The translations under genes were made by a program, and so were the position numbers. A stretch of 64,000 bases of DNA, from assembly GCA_963741955.1 (NCBI GenBank), contig CAVUKB010000010.1:504260-568259 (forward strand). The letters are read 5' to 3'. Within the stretch, counting starts at the first letter, position 1; each line of letters starts with the position of its first letter. This document shows positions 30,586-40,685 of the stretch, one piece after another. Under the pieces are notes generated by a model that ran no database searches, was not told the DNA's origin, and saw only the letters and a program-made list of their open reading frames with translations. The stretch comes from an uncultured Acidobacteriota bacterium (GTDB lineage: Bacteria > Acidobacteriota > Thermoanaerobaculia > Gp7-AA8).

Positions 30586-31368
30586 ATGAGCACCAGAATG
30601 CGACACGACGGCCGCGCGGCCGACCAGCTCCGCCCCGTAATCGTGCGGCCCGATTTCATCAGACACGCTGAGGGCTCGGTTCTGATCGAAGTGGGCGACA
30701 CTCGCGTGGTCTGCACCGCGTCGCTCGAGGAGCGGGTCCCTCCCTTCCTCCAGAAGAGCGGGAAAGGATGGGTCACCGCGGAGTACGGAATGCTACCGCG
30801 CTCGACCTCGGAGCGTTCCGCGCGTGAGGCCGCACGTGGGAAGCAGGGCGGCCGGACGATGGAAATTCAGCGCCTGATCGGCCGGGCACTGCGTGCGGCC
30901 GTCGACACCCAGCTGATGGGTGAGCGGACGATCTGGGTCGACTGCGACGTCATCCAGGCGGACGGCGGAACACGGACCGCCTCCATCACCGGCGGGTTCG
31001 TCGCCCTGACCCTCGCTCTCGCGAAGCTCTACCTCGAGAAGCGCATCGTGAGCTGGCCGGTCCGGGAATGGGTCGCGGCAGTGTCGGTGGGAATGGTCGA
31101 TGGAGTCCCGTCACTCGATCTCGACTACATCGAGGATTCCGGTGCCGAGGTCGACATGAACGTCGTCGCGACCGACAAGATGAGGTTCGTCGAGATCCAG
31201 GGAACCGCAGAGGGAAAGAGTTTCAGCGAGGACGAGATGAATGCCATGACCGCTCTCGCGAAGAGCGGCATCTCGCAGCTGATCGAGAAGCAGCGGGAGA
31301 TCCTCGGGCCGGTGATCCAGAAGGTCGACGCACTGGCGCTCGAGCGGCTCAACAAGAAATTCCGCTAG
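30586..31368 (+). CDS. rph: Ribonuclease PH
   Basis: [39 protein letters not shown] and EIQGTAE motifs. Confidence 0.97.
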   Translation: MSTRMRHDGRAADQLRPVIVRPDFIRHAEGSVLIEVGDTRVVCTASLEERVPPFLQKSGKGWVTAEYGMLPRSTSERSAREAARGKQGGRTMEIQRLIGRALRAAVDTQLMGERTIWVDCDVIQADGGTRTASITGGFVALTLALAKLYLEKRIVSWPVREWVAAVSVGMVDGVPSLDLDYIEDSGAEVDMNVVATDKMRFVEIQGTAEGKSFSEDEMNAMTALAKSGISQLIEKQREILGPVIQKVDALALERLNKKFR

Positions 31369-31496
31369 CCCGCAGGAAAGAGTCCTCGAGCGGCGCCGCT
31401 TCCGTCGTGCCGCTCGATGTGCCCGGTTCGGAAGAAACGGGAGAGTCGCCGGAAGGCAAACGGTGGGTTCCTGCGATTGCCTGATGCCCTTCGCGA

Positions 31497-31663
31497 CTAG
31501 GAGTCTGCGCGATAGGAACGTCCGTAGCGAGAAAGCGAAGCAGCGAGGCCAAATTCGATCGGATTTGAGGTGCGTAGCGGTGGCTACTCGCCGAGAATCC
31601 GGACGAATTTGGACCGCTGATCCGCTTTCGCAGTAGGACAGTTTCTACCGCGCAGACTCCTAG
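31497..31663. mobile_element. MITE-like palindromic element family A, copy 2 (167 bp)
   Basis: Same TIRs and core as 8575-8741 with a few substitutions. Confidence 0.85.
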
Positions 31664-31844
31664 CCCGCATTTCTCACATCGTCTCTGCTGCGGAGACGGA
31701 TGGCGGCCTGTCTGCTGCGTTGCGCCCGGCTTCGGCTCCTCGACGTAGTCACCACTATGCCTTCGTCGCCGAAGCGAGGCGCGCCTTGCATCCAGGCCAC
31801 TCTCCGCCTCCTCGCGACGAGATGGTGTGAGAAATGCGGGCTAG
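31660..31844. mobile_element. MITE-like palindromic element family B (185 bp), sharing a CTAG with family A copy 2
   Basis: TIRs CTAGCCCGCATTTCTCACA...TGTGAGAAATGCGGGCTAG; internal inverted symmetry. Confidence 0.8.
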
Positions 31845-31863
31845 ATTTCGCGAACAATCCCGG

Positions 31864-32610
31864 TTACTCGATCATCCCGTTCAGCGGACTCGACGCAGTG
31901 GCGTAGAGCTTCTTCTCGATCCGGCCGGCCCGGTACGCGAGACGCCCCGCCTGGATTGCGTAATTCATCGCGCGCGACATCGCGATCGGGTCCTTCGCTC
32001 CTGCGATTCCGGTGTTCATCAGCACCGCATCTGCACCGAGCTCCATCGCCAGGGCCGCGTCCGACGCCGTTCCGACGCCGGCGTCGACGATCACCGGGAC
32101 CTTCGAGAACTCACGGATGATCCGAATGTTGGTCGGATTGCGAATTCCCAGACCCGATCCGATCGGTGCAGCGAGAGGCATCACCGCGGCACAGCCGAGG
32201 TCCTCGAGTTTCCGGCAGGTGATCGGGTCGTCGCTGGTGTACGGAAGAACCGTGAAGCCCTCTTTCAGCAGGGTCTCGGCGGCCTCGAGGAGCGCGACGT
32301 TGTCCGGAAAGAGCGTCTTCGGGTCGCCGATCACTTCGAGCTTCACCCAATCGGAGAGGCCGACCTCCCGTGCGAGACGCGCGTAGCGCACCGCCTCGGC
32401 AGCGGTGTAGCAGCCGGCGGTATTCGGAAGGACGAGGTACTTCTTCGGGTCGATGTAGTCGAACAGGCGCGGCTGGTTCGGATCGGCCACTGACGTGCGA
32501 CGTACCGCGACCGTCACGATCTCTGCACCGGAGATCTCGATCGCCTCCGCCATCTGTTCCATGGTGGCGTACTTGCCGGTGCCGACGAGGAGACGCGAGC
32601 GAAACGTCTT
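31864..32610 (-). CDS. thiG: Thiazole synthase, 5' end cut at the sequence junction
   Basis: [43 protein letters not shown] and DAGVG motifs; first few codons missing. Confidence 0.93.
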   Translation of the reverse strand, partial: KTFRSRLLVGTGKYATMEQMAEAIEISGAEIVTVAVRRTSVADPNQPRLFDYIDPKKYLVLPNTAGCYTAAEAVRYARLAREVGLSDWVKLEVIGDPKTLFPDNVALLEAAETLLKEGFTVLPYTSDDPITCRKLEDLGCAAVMPLAAPIGSGLGIRNPTNIRIIREFSKVPVIVDAGVGTASDAALAMELGADAVLMNTGIAGAKDPIAMSRAMNYAIQAGRLAYRAGRIEKKLYATASSPLNGMIE

Positions 32611-33169
32611 TGACCACCTCGACCCCGATCACCAGCTGTGCTGCGCGCACGCGCTGCGCGAACTGCAAGCCGTTACCGACACCGCCCCGACCGGGCACTG
32701 GTGCTGGGCCACCCAAGCCGCCGACGCCCTCGCCGCGATCCAGAAGCTGATCGCCGACGCCCGCGCCGCGACCGCCGACGTCGACCCCGCCGCGCTGGCC
32801 GCGCAGATCCAGCACTACCGCTGCGCCGCACAGATCGGCGCCAACCAGAACGCCGCCCGCACCGACAAGCTGATGAAGAAACACCACGCGCTGGCCCGCC
32901 GGCTGCTCGACCGCCAAGACCTGACTACCTGCGCTTCACCAAAGACTGGCGAATACCGCCGGACAACAACGGCTCCGAACGCGACATCCGGATGATCAAA
33001 CTCCGGCAGAAGGTATCCGGCTGCCTACGCACCCTCACCGGCGCGAAGCAATTCTGCGCGATCCGCAGCTACCTATCCACCGCCGCCAAACACGGCCATA
33101 CCTCATTCGACGCACTCGTCACGCTCGCCGAAGGTCAAGCGTGGATGCCGGCATGACCTGACCAGTTAC
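32611..33169 (+). mobile_element. IS66-family transposase, C-terminal fragment with right end (frameshift near 32920)
   Basis: HQLCCAHALREL and PPDNNGSERDIRMIKLRQKVSGCLRT; terminal CCTGACCAGTTAC (revcomp GTAAC...). Confidence 0.85.
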
Positions 33170-33204
33170 TTCCGACTATCGACGAAGGCGAAATACGACG
33201 ACCC

Positions 33205-33750
33205 TGTGGGGCTCAATAACCTCGTCTCGGTCTTCTCGGAGCGTTCGGCATGATCATTTGGTGTTGTTGTCGATGGTGTATGCCGTTGTGCGGGCGGTGC
33301 TTGGCCTGGTCGCCGTTCGGGGTCGTAGTCGTGCGGTCAAGGATGTCGAACTGCTGGTGTTGCGGCATGAGGTAGCGGTGTTGCCTCGCCAGATCAGTCG
33401 TCCGCGATTGGAGCCGACAGATCGAGTGCTGCTGGCGGCACTGTCGCGGCTGCTGCCTCGGCAGTCGTGGTCGAGCCGGATCGTCAGCCCGGCAACATTG
33501 GTGGGTTGGCATGGCGAACTGGTCGCGCGGCGGTGGACGTATCCGAGAGTTCACGCCTCGGCAGGTGGTCGACGCCCGATCGCAGTTGTGATCCGGACGT
33601 TGGTCGCGGCTTGCGCGAGAGAATCCGACGTGGGGTCATCGCCGGATCCATGGCGAGCCGATCGGGCTCGGTTACCGTGTCGCGCCCTCGACGGTATGGA
33701 ACATCCTGCGCCGGGCCGGTCTTGACCCAGCGCCTCGACGAACGGGATCT
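33205..33750 (+). mobile_element. Truncated actinobacterial integrase-core (DDE) element, first copy
   Basis: Left end TGTGGGGCTCAATAACCTC; KDVELLVLRHEVAVL, DRVLLAALSRLL and RENPTWGHRRI-like motifs; frameshifted. Confidence 0.75.
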
Positions 33751-34927
33751 TGTGGGGCTCAAGAACCTCGGTGTGGGCGTCTTGGCGGGGGTCGGCGTGA
33801 TCATTCGAGTGTTCTTGTCCGTCGTGTGCTTGGCCCTGCGGACGCTGCTTGGCCTTCTGCTGATACGACGCCGCGACCGGATGGTGAACGACGTCGAGCT
33901 GCTAGTGCTGCGGCAGGAGGTAGCGGTGCTGCGTCGCCAAGTCACTCGTCCGCGGTTGGAGCCGAAAGATCGGTTGGTGTTGGCGGCGCTGGCTCGTCTG
34001 CTCCCGCGGCAGCTGCGGAGGACCCGGATTGTCGCGCCGGCGACACCGCTGCGGTGGCATCGCGGACTCGTTGCTCGCGCTGGACGTACCCGAGGAGAAC
34101 AGCTGCGGTCGGCGGTCGACCACGCACCTGCGACGTTATCCGGGGCCTGGTGGTTCGGCTTGCACGGGAGAACCCGACCTGGGGTCACCGCCGCATCCAC
34201 GGCGAGCTGGTCGGGCTCGGCTACCGGGTGGCCCGTGCGACGGTGTGGAACATCCTCCATGAGGCAGGGCTGGATCCGGCGCCGCGACGGTCAGGGCCGA
34301 CATGGCGGGAGTTTTGCCGCGCGCAAGCCCAGACGATGCTGGCGTGCGACTTCTTCACCGTCGACTCTGTGCTGCTGCCGAATCTACGTGTTCGTGGTGC
34401 TCGAGGTCGGCTCGCGCCGCGTCCACATCCTCGGGGTCACCAGGCATCCGACGGGTGACTGGTGACCTAGCAGGCACGCAACTTCCTCATGTCGCTGGGG
34501 GAGCGGACCGACGCCTTCCGGTTCCTGATCCGCGACCGCGATACCAGGTTTACTGCCAGCTTCGACGCGGTGTTCGCCGGCGCACGCATCGCGGTCCTGC
34601 GCAGCCCACCGCGAGCTGCGAAGGCGAACGCCTCCGCCGAACGGTGGGTCAGCCCCATCCGCCGCGACTGCCTGGACCGGATGCTGATCTTCCACCAGCT
34701 ACAGCTTCTGCGTGTGCTGGCCCAATACGAGACGCACGACACCAGCCATCGACCGCACCGAGCCCCACTAGTGGCCGCTGATCGCCGCCGCCGTCGGCGT
34801 TTCTGATCGAGGCGGCAGCACCGCGGTTCGGCGAACCGAGGTGCTCGGCGGCCTGAGCAACGAATACCGCCACGCCGCATGACCCCGGTCGCCCACATTG
34901 ACAGCACTGAGGTTCTTGAGCCCCACA
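33751..34927 (+). mobile_element. Integrase-core (DDE) IS-like element with both TIRs; transposase frameshifted with an internal stop
   Basis: TGTGGGGCTCAAGAACCTC ... GAGGTTCTTGAGCCCCACA; LACDFFTVD, FLIRDRD and NASAERWV motifs. Confidence 0.82.
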
Positions 34928-34943
34928 AGCCCATTTCGCCGGC

Positions 34944-35415
34944 CTAGGCACGCAGCGGAACCTGGCTGCCTTCTGGTGGCGTGCCGTAGGAGGCCCAGAG
35001 GCTGTTCAGCGACATCTGGTAGTAGAGGGAGTGCAGTCCGAGAATGAAGGCAAGGATCAGTCCGATCCACGGGTTGCATTGATCCAGTGATGATCCCGCA
35101 GCGGCTTGTGCCCGCCGGATCTGCGTCGCCTGTCTTCCACGCTGAGACGTATGGCGGAACCAGGATGATGGCTCCGGGAAAGAGGGCGAGAACTGCGACG
35201 CCAGGAGAGACCTCGATGCGCTGGTCGATGTCCCGGACCTCCCTGTTGATCTTGTACCACCACACAAGGTGATAGATGCCAAGTGTGATAAGCGGCCATA
35301 CGAGCCATACCAGGAAGGGATTGCGGTGTTTACCGATCAAGCCCACTCCACCAGAGCCCGGCGGAGTGGGTGGCCCTCCCGGCGGTGTCGGCGGATAAGC
35401 CGGTGGCGTCGACAT
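34944..35415 (-). pseudogene. DUF4234-like membrane protein, copy 1 (frameshifted)
   Basis: RNPFLVWLVWPLITLGIYHLVWWYKINRE then a frame change after WKTGD to ...YYQMSLNSLW. Confidence 0.7.
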
Positions 35416-35547
35416 CTATCGTTTCCCCCATGCCTGAGTGAACCGTCCCGGATTTCGCGCCGTCTTTGTTGGCGGCACCGGACGGTGAGCCGGTCTGTTG
35501 AGCGTAGTAGGCCTGCTCGACACACCACACCCGAGGAGTTCGAGAGC

Positions 35548-36016
35548 CTAGGCACGCAGCGGAACCTAGCTGCCTTCTGGTGGCGTGCCGTAGGAGGCCC
35601 AGAGGCTGTTCAGCGACATCTGGTAGTAGAGGGAGTGCAGTCAGAGAATGAAGGCCAGGATCAGTCCGATCCACGGGTTGCATTGATCCGGTGATCCCGC
35701 AGCGGCTTGAGCCCGCCGGATGCGATCGCCTGTCTTCCACGCTGAGATGTAGGGCGGAACCAGGATGATGGCTCCGGGAAAGAAGGGCAAGAACTGCGAC
35801 GCCAGGAGAGACCTCGATGCGCTGGTCGAAGTCCCGGACCTCCCTGTTGATCTTGTACCACCACACAAGGTGATAGATGCCAAGTGTGATGAGCGGCCAT
35901 ACGAGCCATACCAGGAAGGGATTGCGGTGTTTACCGATCAAGCCCACTCCACCAGAGCCCGGCGGAGTGGGTGGCCCTCCCGGCGGTGTCGGTGGATGAG
36001 CCGGTGGCGTCGACAT
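35548..36016 (-). pseudogene. DUF4234-like membrane protein, copy 2 (frameshifted at different sites)
   Basis: Same N-terminus; frame change near LAL/FPGA and again near AFIL. Confidence 0.7.
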
Positions 36017-36039
36017 CTATCGTTTCCCCCATGCCTGAG

Positions 36040-36330
36040 TGAACCGCCCGGATTTCGCGCCGTCTTCTTGTTGGCGGCACCGGACGGTGAGCCGGTCTGT
36101 TGAGCGTAGTAGGCCTGTTCGAACTCCTCGGGTGTGGTGTGTCGAGCAGGCTGTGCAGTCGCTGGTTGTCCAACCAGTCGACGTAGTTCGTCCGGGCTTC
36201 GACGTCGGCGAGGCTGCGCAGCGGGTCGGTGCGAAACGTGATCGGGGAGCGACGGCCTCGCTCTTGAACGGTCCGATTAGCGACTCGGCGACGGCGTTGT
36301 CCCATGTCGTCGACTACTCCTGATCGCGAT
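36040..36330 (-). mobile_element. IS3-family remnant (right end plus OrfB C-terminus)
   Basis: TGAACCGCCCGG end (IS6110-like; also at 35439) and translation DVEART.NYVDW..NQRLHS. Confidence 0.65.
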
Positions 36331-36484
36331 GGTGAGCCCCGCTCTGTTGGGGTGACGCATCCGTTGCATCCGTGACGCGTCGCCGCCGTGGTCGGCTTCG
36401 GTCCTGTTGTTCGGGTACCGCTCGGTCGTGTCACGAAGGCCCGGCGAACCGACATTCCGCGCGGCCCGCTTACGCTGCCACGCC

Positions 36485-38008
36485 ATGGAGTCATTCCCTG
36501 CGACGGTCACGTTGGATGTGCATATCGGTGCTCGGTCACCTGCATGGTGGGATGAGACGGAAGCCCAGGGGGCCGCCGCCATGGGTGATCATGCGCCGCT
36601 GGGCTTGGCGGACCCGCGCAATCGCCCCGCGATAACGCTCGAACCGATCAATTGGGACGAGCTTGGTTTCACGCCGCGCTGGCTGGGTGACGACTCAAGC
36701 GAGGCGGTCACAGCGATCGAACCCAGCATCTTCGCCGGTCACGGGGCGCAGGAGTGGGAGCGTTTCGTGGAAGCCTCGCAGCGTCGACGCGAACTGGCGC
36801 TGGCCATATCGACCGTTGGCAGTCCACACGAGCCCGAAATCCAGTCTGGCTTGGCCAGCGGCGCTGCCAGCGTGCAGCTGCCGGGCACACGGTTGAGCAG
36901 CATCGGCGGTCATCGAGTCTCCCTGGCCTCACGGCCTGAGGCGGCCGAAGACTTGGGCCCCGCAGATCGCGATCTCGCGCTGCGACTGGCGGACACGCGC
37001 CCCACCGATCTGCCGTGGTGGCGGTTGACGCTGTCCGGAGCAACGTTGGAGGCTGCCTTCCAGCAGTCCGAAGTCGTGCCTGCGCAGGGCACGTTGACAC
37101 CGCTGCTCCGTGGCCGCGCCGGCGAGGTCGTGGCAGCAATCTGGACGTCAGACGACGGCACGATCCGTCACTACGTGCTGCCGTACCTGCCGAAGTACGA
37201 GCCGGTGCTGGATTGGCTCGCGCGGCGAGGCTTGCCTGTGTTCAATCCAGCGGCGGCGCGACGCACGCGCACGTCACTGGCCACCGAACCTAAGCTGCAG
37301 ACACCTGCGGAAACAACCGCCCGCGCGCGACTCGCCGAGCTGGAGACCGACTACCAGCGGCAGCGCGCGATAATCGAGGCTGAGTTGACCGCTGCTGTGA
37401 GCGCCGCCGACGAGGTACGCGACCCACTGCTGTACGGCAAGGACAAAGTGCTCGAGGACGCGGTCTCACGTGTGCTGAGGGACGCCGGCATGGAAGCGCG
37501 CAGTGTCGACGAGATGCTTTCCGCGACGGTCAACGCGGATCTGTTCGCCACATGGGCAGGCAATTCCGTGCTCGTCGAGGTCAAGGGAACGTCGGGTAAC
37601 GCCCCGGAGAATCTGGCTGAGCCCGCGCGCCGGCACCTCACTACGTGGCCCCAGCTGCGCCCGGACCTAACAGTCCGCGGCGTGGTGTTGATCGTGAATC
37701 ACCAGGCGCGTACCCAACCGCTCGACCGGACACCTGCGCCGTTCAACCGCCGCGAGTTCGTTGAGTCGCTTACCTTCCCGGTGCTCAGCACGAGGCAGCT
37801 GTACGACTGGTGGCGCCGCGGCGAACACGCCGAGATCCGATCCGCGTTGTTCGGCGACGCGGCACGGTCGACTGCCAATCAAGTGCCGCGGCCTGATGCC
37901 CAGCAGCGCGCGGACGGCGCTGGTCGCTCTGCGCCGGGCGACCGTGCGCCCGCCCGGCGCAAGGGCCTGCTGCGCCGGCTATTCGCTCGACGTGATGTCG
38001 CCAGGTAA
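36485..38008 (+). CDS. Hypothetical protein with coiled coil and C-terminal PD-(D/E)XK nuclease-like domain
   Basis: Intact ORF of about 507 aa; LEDAV...NADLF...VLVEVKG catalytic-type motif after a heptad-rich helix. Confidence 0.6.
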   Translation: MESFPATVTLDVHIGARSPAWWDETEAQGAAAMGDHAPLGLADPRNRPAITLEPINWDELGFTPRWLGDDSSEAVTAIEPSIFAGHGAQEWERFVEASQRRRELALAISTVGSPHEPEIQSGLASGAASVQLPGTRLSSIGGHRVSLASRPEAAEDLGPADRDLALRLADTRPTDLPWWRLTLSGATLEAAFQQSEVVPAQGTLTPLLRGRAGEVVAAIWTSDDGTIRHYVLPYLPKYEPVLDWLARRGLPVFNPAAARRTRTSLATEPKLQTPAETTARARLAELETDYQRQRAIIEAELTAAVSAADEVRDPLLYGKDKVLEDAVSRVLRDAGMEARSVDEMLSATVNADLFATWAGNSVLVEVKGTSGNAPENLAEPARRHLTTWPQLRPDLTVRGVVLIVNHQARTQPLDRTPAPFNRREFVESLTFPVLSTRQLYDWWRRGEHAEIRSALFGDAARSTANQVPRPDAQQRADGAGRSAPGDRAPARRKGLLRRLFARRDVAR

Positions 38009-38329
38009 GAGATCGGGGGCAGCCAGCCGCCGCTGCCGTCATACCAACGGCGAGGCACACAACCGCGGCCCTCGCGCCAGGCACCACCCACGTCCGCCAT
38101 TTCGGCGGTTCCGCGGGCCTGGTGCACCGTGGGTGTAAACCGGCGCCGGCCGAACGCGGGTGGCGGGTTACCTCGCGGTTGATGACCGGCTCCGGCACCA
38201 GGACAGCGCTGGCTTGGTGCCACAGCGCGCGCCGGGCTCACTTACGTGCGAACACGTCGTCCGCGGTCGGCCGGGTGCTATGCCTCCGCGAAGGCGACCT
38301 CCCGGCCCAACGCCCCGAGACAGCACCAC

Positions 38330-38711
38330 CTGCGGTAACTCAGGCGGGTCGCTGCTCAACACCGCCCTGCTGACCACCGCGACCATCGATCATCTGGGCG
38401 GGCAGCATCCGCCGGGGCGTTTCGAGGTGCGACGGTTGCGGCCGAAGATCGTGCTGTCCACCAGCCCAGAGCAGCACGGCTTCGTCGACAACGACTGGAT
38501 CGGTCACACCATCACGATCGGCGACCAAGTCCGCCTGCGGGTCACCAGACCCGCGGTGCGTGATGACCACCCTGCCGCGAGCAGACCTGCCAATAGACGC
38601 TGGCATCCTGCGCACCGCCGCCCAGCACAACCAGGTCAATCTCGGGGTCTACGCCGACGTCCTCGCCGGCGGACCATCCGCCGCAGTGACCCGGTCACCC
38701 TCGCCGGGTAA
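38330..38711 (+). pseudogene. MOSC-domain protein remnant (frameshifted)
   Basis: LLTTATIDHL, RRLRPKIVL, GFVDNDWIG, CVMTTL and NLGVYADVLAGG pieces in different frames. Confidence 0.65.
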
Positions 38712-39107
38712 GGCCGCAAGTCCTAGGAACCGTGACGAGGTCGTAGCGTAATCCGCAGATTCACCGGGGCCGACGAATGTCGGGAGGGAGTTGACGCTCG
38801 GGCACTGGGCCCTAATAGTGGTGCGCTCCCGCGTCCCGGTCTGGCGCGACTTGGGTGCATGAGCGGTGCCTGGTCGAGTGACGACGCTGTCGGAGACGTC
38901 CGGCCGAATGTCAACGGCTTGCCTCGACGGCTGATCCGGATAACCTGAATCGGGCTTGCTGTGGCGGCTGCCGACTTACCGACTCGCAACCCATCGACAG
39001 ATCGGCATCGAGAGATCGCCCGACTGGTGGGCAGCGGTCCCCGCGCAGCGCCAGTCAGCAGGAGGGTGTTATGCGGTCTACGCGGATGGTTGAGCTGGCA
39101 CTAGGGG

Positions 39108-40685
39108 CAATGCCATTCAATTACGCGGCTGTGATTTCGACGGTGGCTGGCCCGGGGTAGAGGATTTCTCGATGTTCCGGGCGTTTGATCGGGCGGTAGC
39201 AGGGGCCGTAGCGTTTGATGACGCGGGGGTAGGCGCGGTGTCGGCGTGGTCGGAGCGGGAATCGGAGGATCTCCTCGATGACGCGGCGGTGCCGGTCATT
39301 GGTCTGGTGAGGGGGGAAAGTCCGCGGAGCCATCGGCTTCGCGGCGGATGACCCGCAGAGATCGGATGAACGATAACCGGTCGGGGTCAATGTCGGCGTC
39401 GTGCGCGGCTTCGGTCATGAGGGTTCGGATGGCGTAGTGGGCGAGGAGTATTCCCCAGATTTCTTGGCGCACCATCTGCGGCGACTTCGACCGCAGCACT
39501 CGGGAATGTGCGATCTGGTGTGTCTCGATCTCATCCAGCGCGATCTCGAATTCCCAGCGTTGGTGGTACGCGGCGGCCAGGTCGGGTGCCAGCGCATCTT
39601 CCCAGTCGGTGATCGTCGTGATCAGCCGGTAGGGATCGCCGCTGTCACGGTCGGTGATCTGGTACTCGATGACGCGGACGAGGATCGCCTGGTTTGTCGC
39701 AGCCCGCCACCGTGCTTCGTTCAGCGTGGCTGGTGTGCTGATGCCTTTGCCGGTGATCGCCGACAGGTAGGAGTCGTCGGGCAGCTGCTGCAGGACTGGC
39801 AACTTCAGGGTCGAGCTCACTCGGAACAGCAGGTCCGCCCCGGTCTGCTTGGCCTGGGCGAAGAAGTGGTAGCTGAAGAAGCCGCGGTCGAACATGACCA
39901 GCATGCCCTGCTCCAGGTCGGCCAGCACGCCGGTCGCCAGGTCCCGTTCCCCGGTGCGGATCGGGCCGAGTTCGGCGGCGACCACGGCGTGCGTGCCGCA
40001 CTCGCCCAGGCCGACAACGCGGACTTGCGGGAACGCGCCGCCCTGCCCGGTGCGGGACCCCGGACGGCCGAACGCCGCCTCGTTGTCGGGGGTGTCCGGC
40101 ACGTCGAGGGTGACCCCGTCGATCGCCATCAGCCGCCAGCGCCCCAGCCACGCGCCGATCGTCGCCGGGGTAGCCAACGGCACCGCGGCCTGCTCGAACA
40201 GCCGACGCAGCGGCGCCTCGCCGAGGCGTTGCCGGGCCTGGCACAGCGCCGACGGGGTGGGCACCCGCCAGGCCCGCTCCCACGCGGAGACGAACCGCAG
40301 GCCGCCAACCATTCTGCGCATGACCTCCTCATAGGCCTCGCCGAAGAACAACGCCAACGCGATCACGTAATAGACCACGAGCCGAGCCGGTAACAATCGG
40401 GCACGCTTTTCCTTGCTCCGAGTTTCGGCGATCACTTCATCGACCAGGTCCCGGCGATACACGCGAGAAACGACGCCGAGGCAAAGGTAATCTGACAACT
40501 GGCCCGGCCGCGACCTATTCGCCTGCCCTTCAGACATGCTCGGAAACTAGCGTCACCTCCCACCGGAACACCGCAAGAGAGCGTGCGTGTCAAATGCACG
40601 GAGACAAACGAAAATGAGGCACCCCATCAAATCACAACCGCCTCAATTTCGAATTCAGCGCCGATTCCCTAATTGAACGGCATTG
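39108..40685 (-). mobile_element. IS4-family insertion sequence, 1578 bp, 10-bp TSD GCACTAGGGG
   Basis: TIRs CAATGCCATTCAATTA / TAATTGAACGGCATTG; TSD at 39098-39107 and 40686-40695. Confidence 0.93.
39121..40537 (-). CDS. IS4-family transposase (one extra C in a C-run near 39312 shifts off the C-terminal tail)
   Basis: AIDG, FDRGF and YHQRWEFE (DDE, YREK-like); tail RPRRHRAYPRVIKR in the next frame. Confidence 0.88.

Larger units (their letters stand above)
34942..36151. repeat. Tandem direct duplication, unit about 604 bp (DUF4234-like gene plus IS3-type end)
   Basis: 34942-35545 repeats at 35546-36151 with scattered differences. Confidence 0.92.

Noticed and set aside
32111-32995. ORFs spanning thiG and IS66, suggesting an IS insertion into thiG
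   Set aside because: No left IS end or TSD and the transposase begins mid-gene; a sequence junction, not an insertion
39296-39330. Possible programmed frameshift TTTCCCCCC in the IS4 transposase
   Set aside because: One fewer C restores a continuous ORF, and 1-bp indels are pervasive in this half; a homopolymer error is simpler
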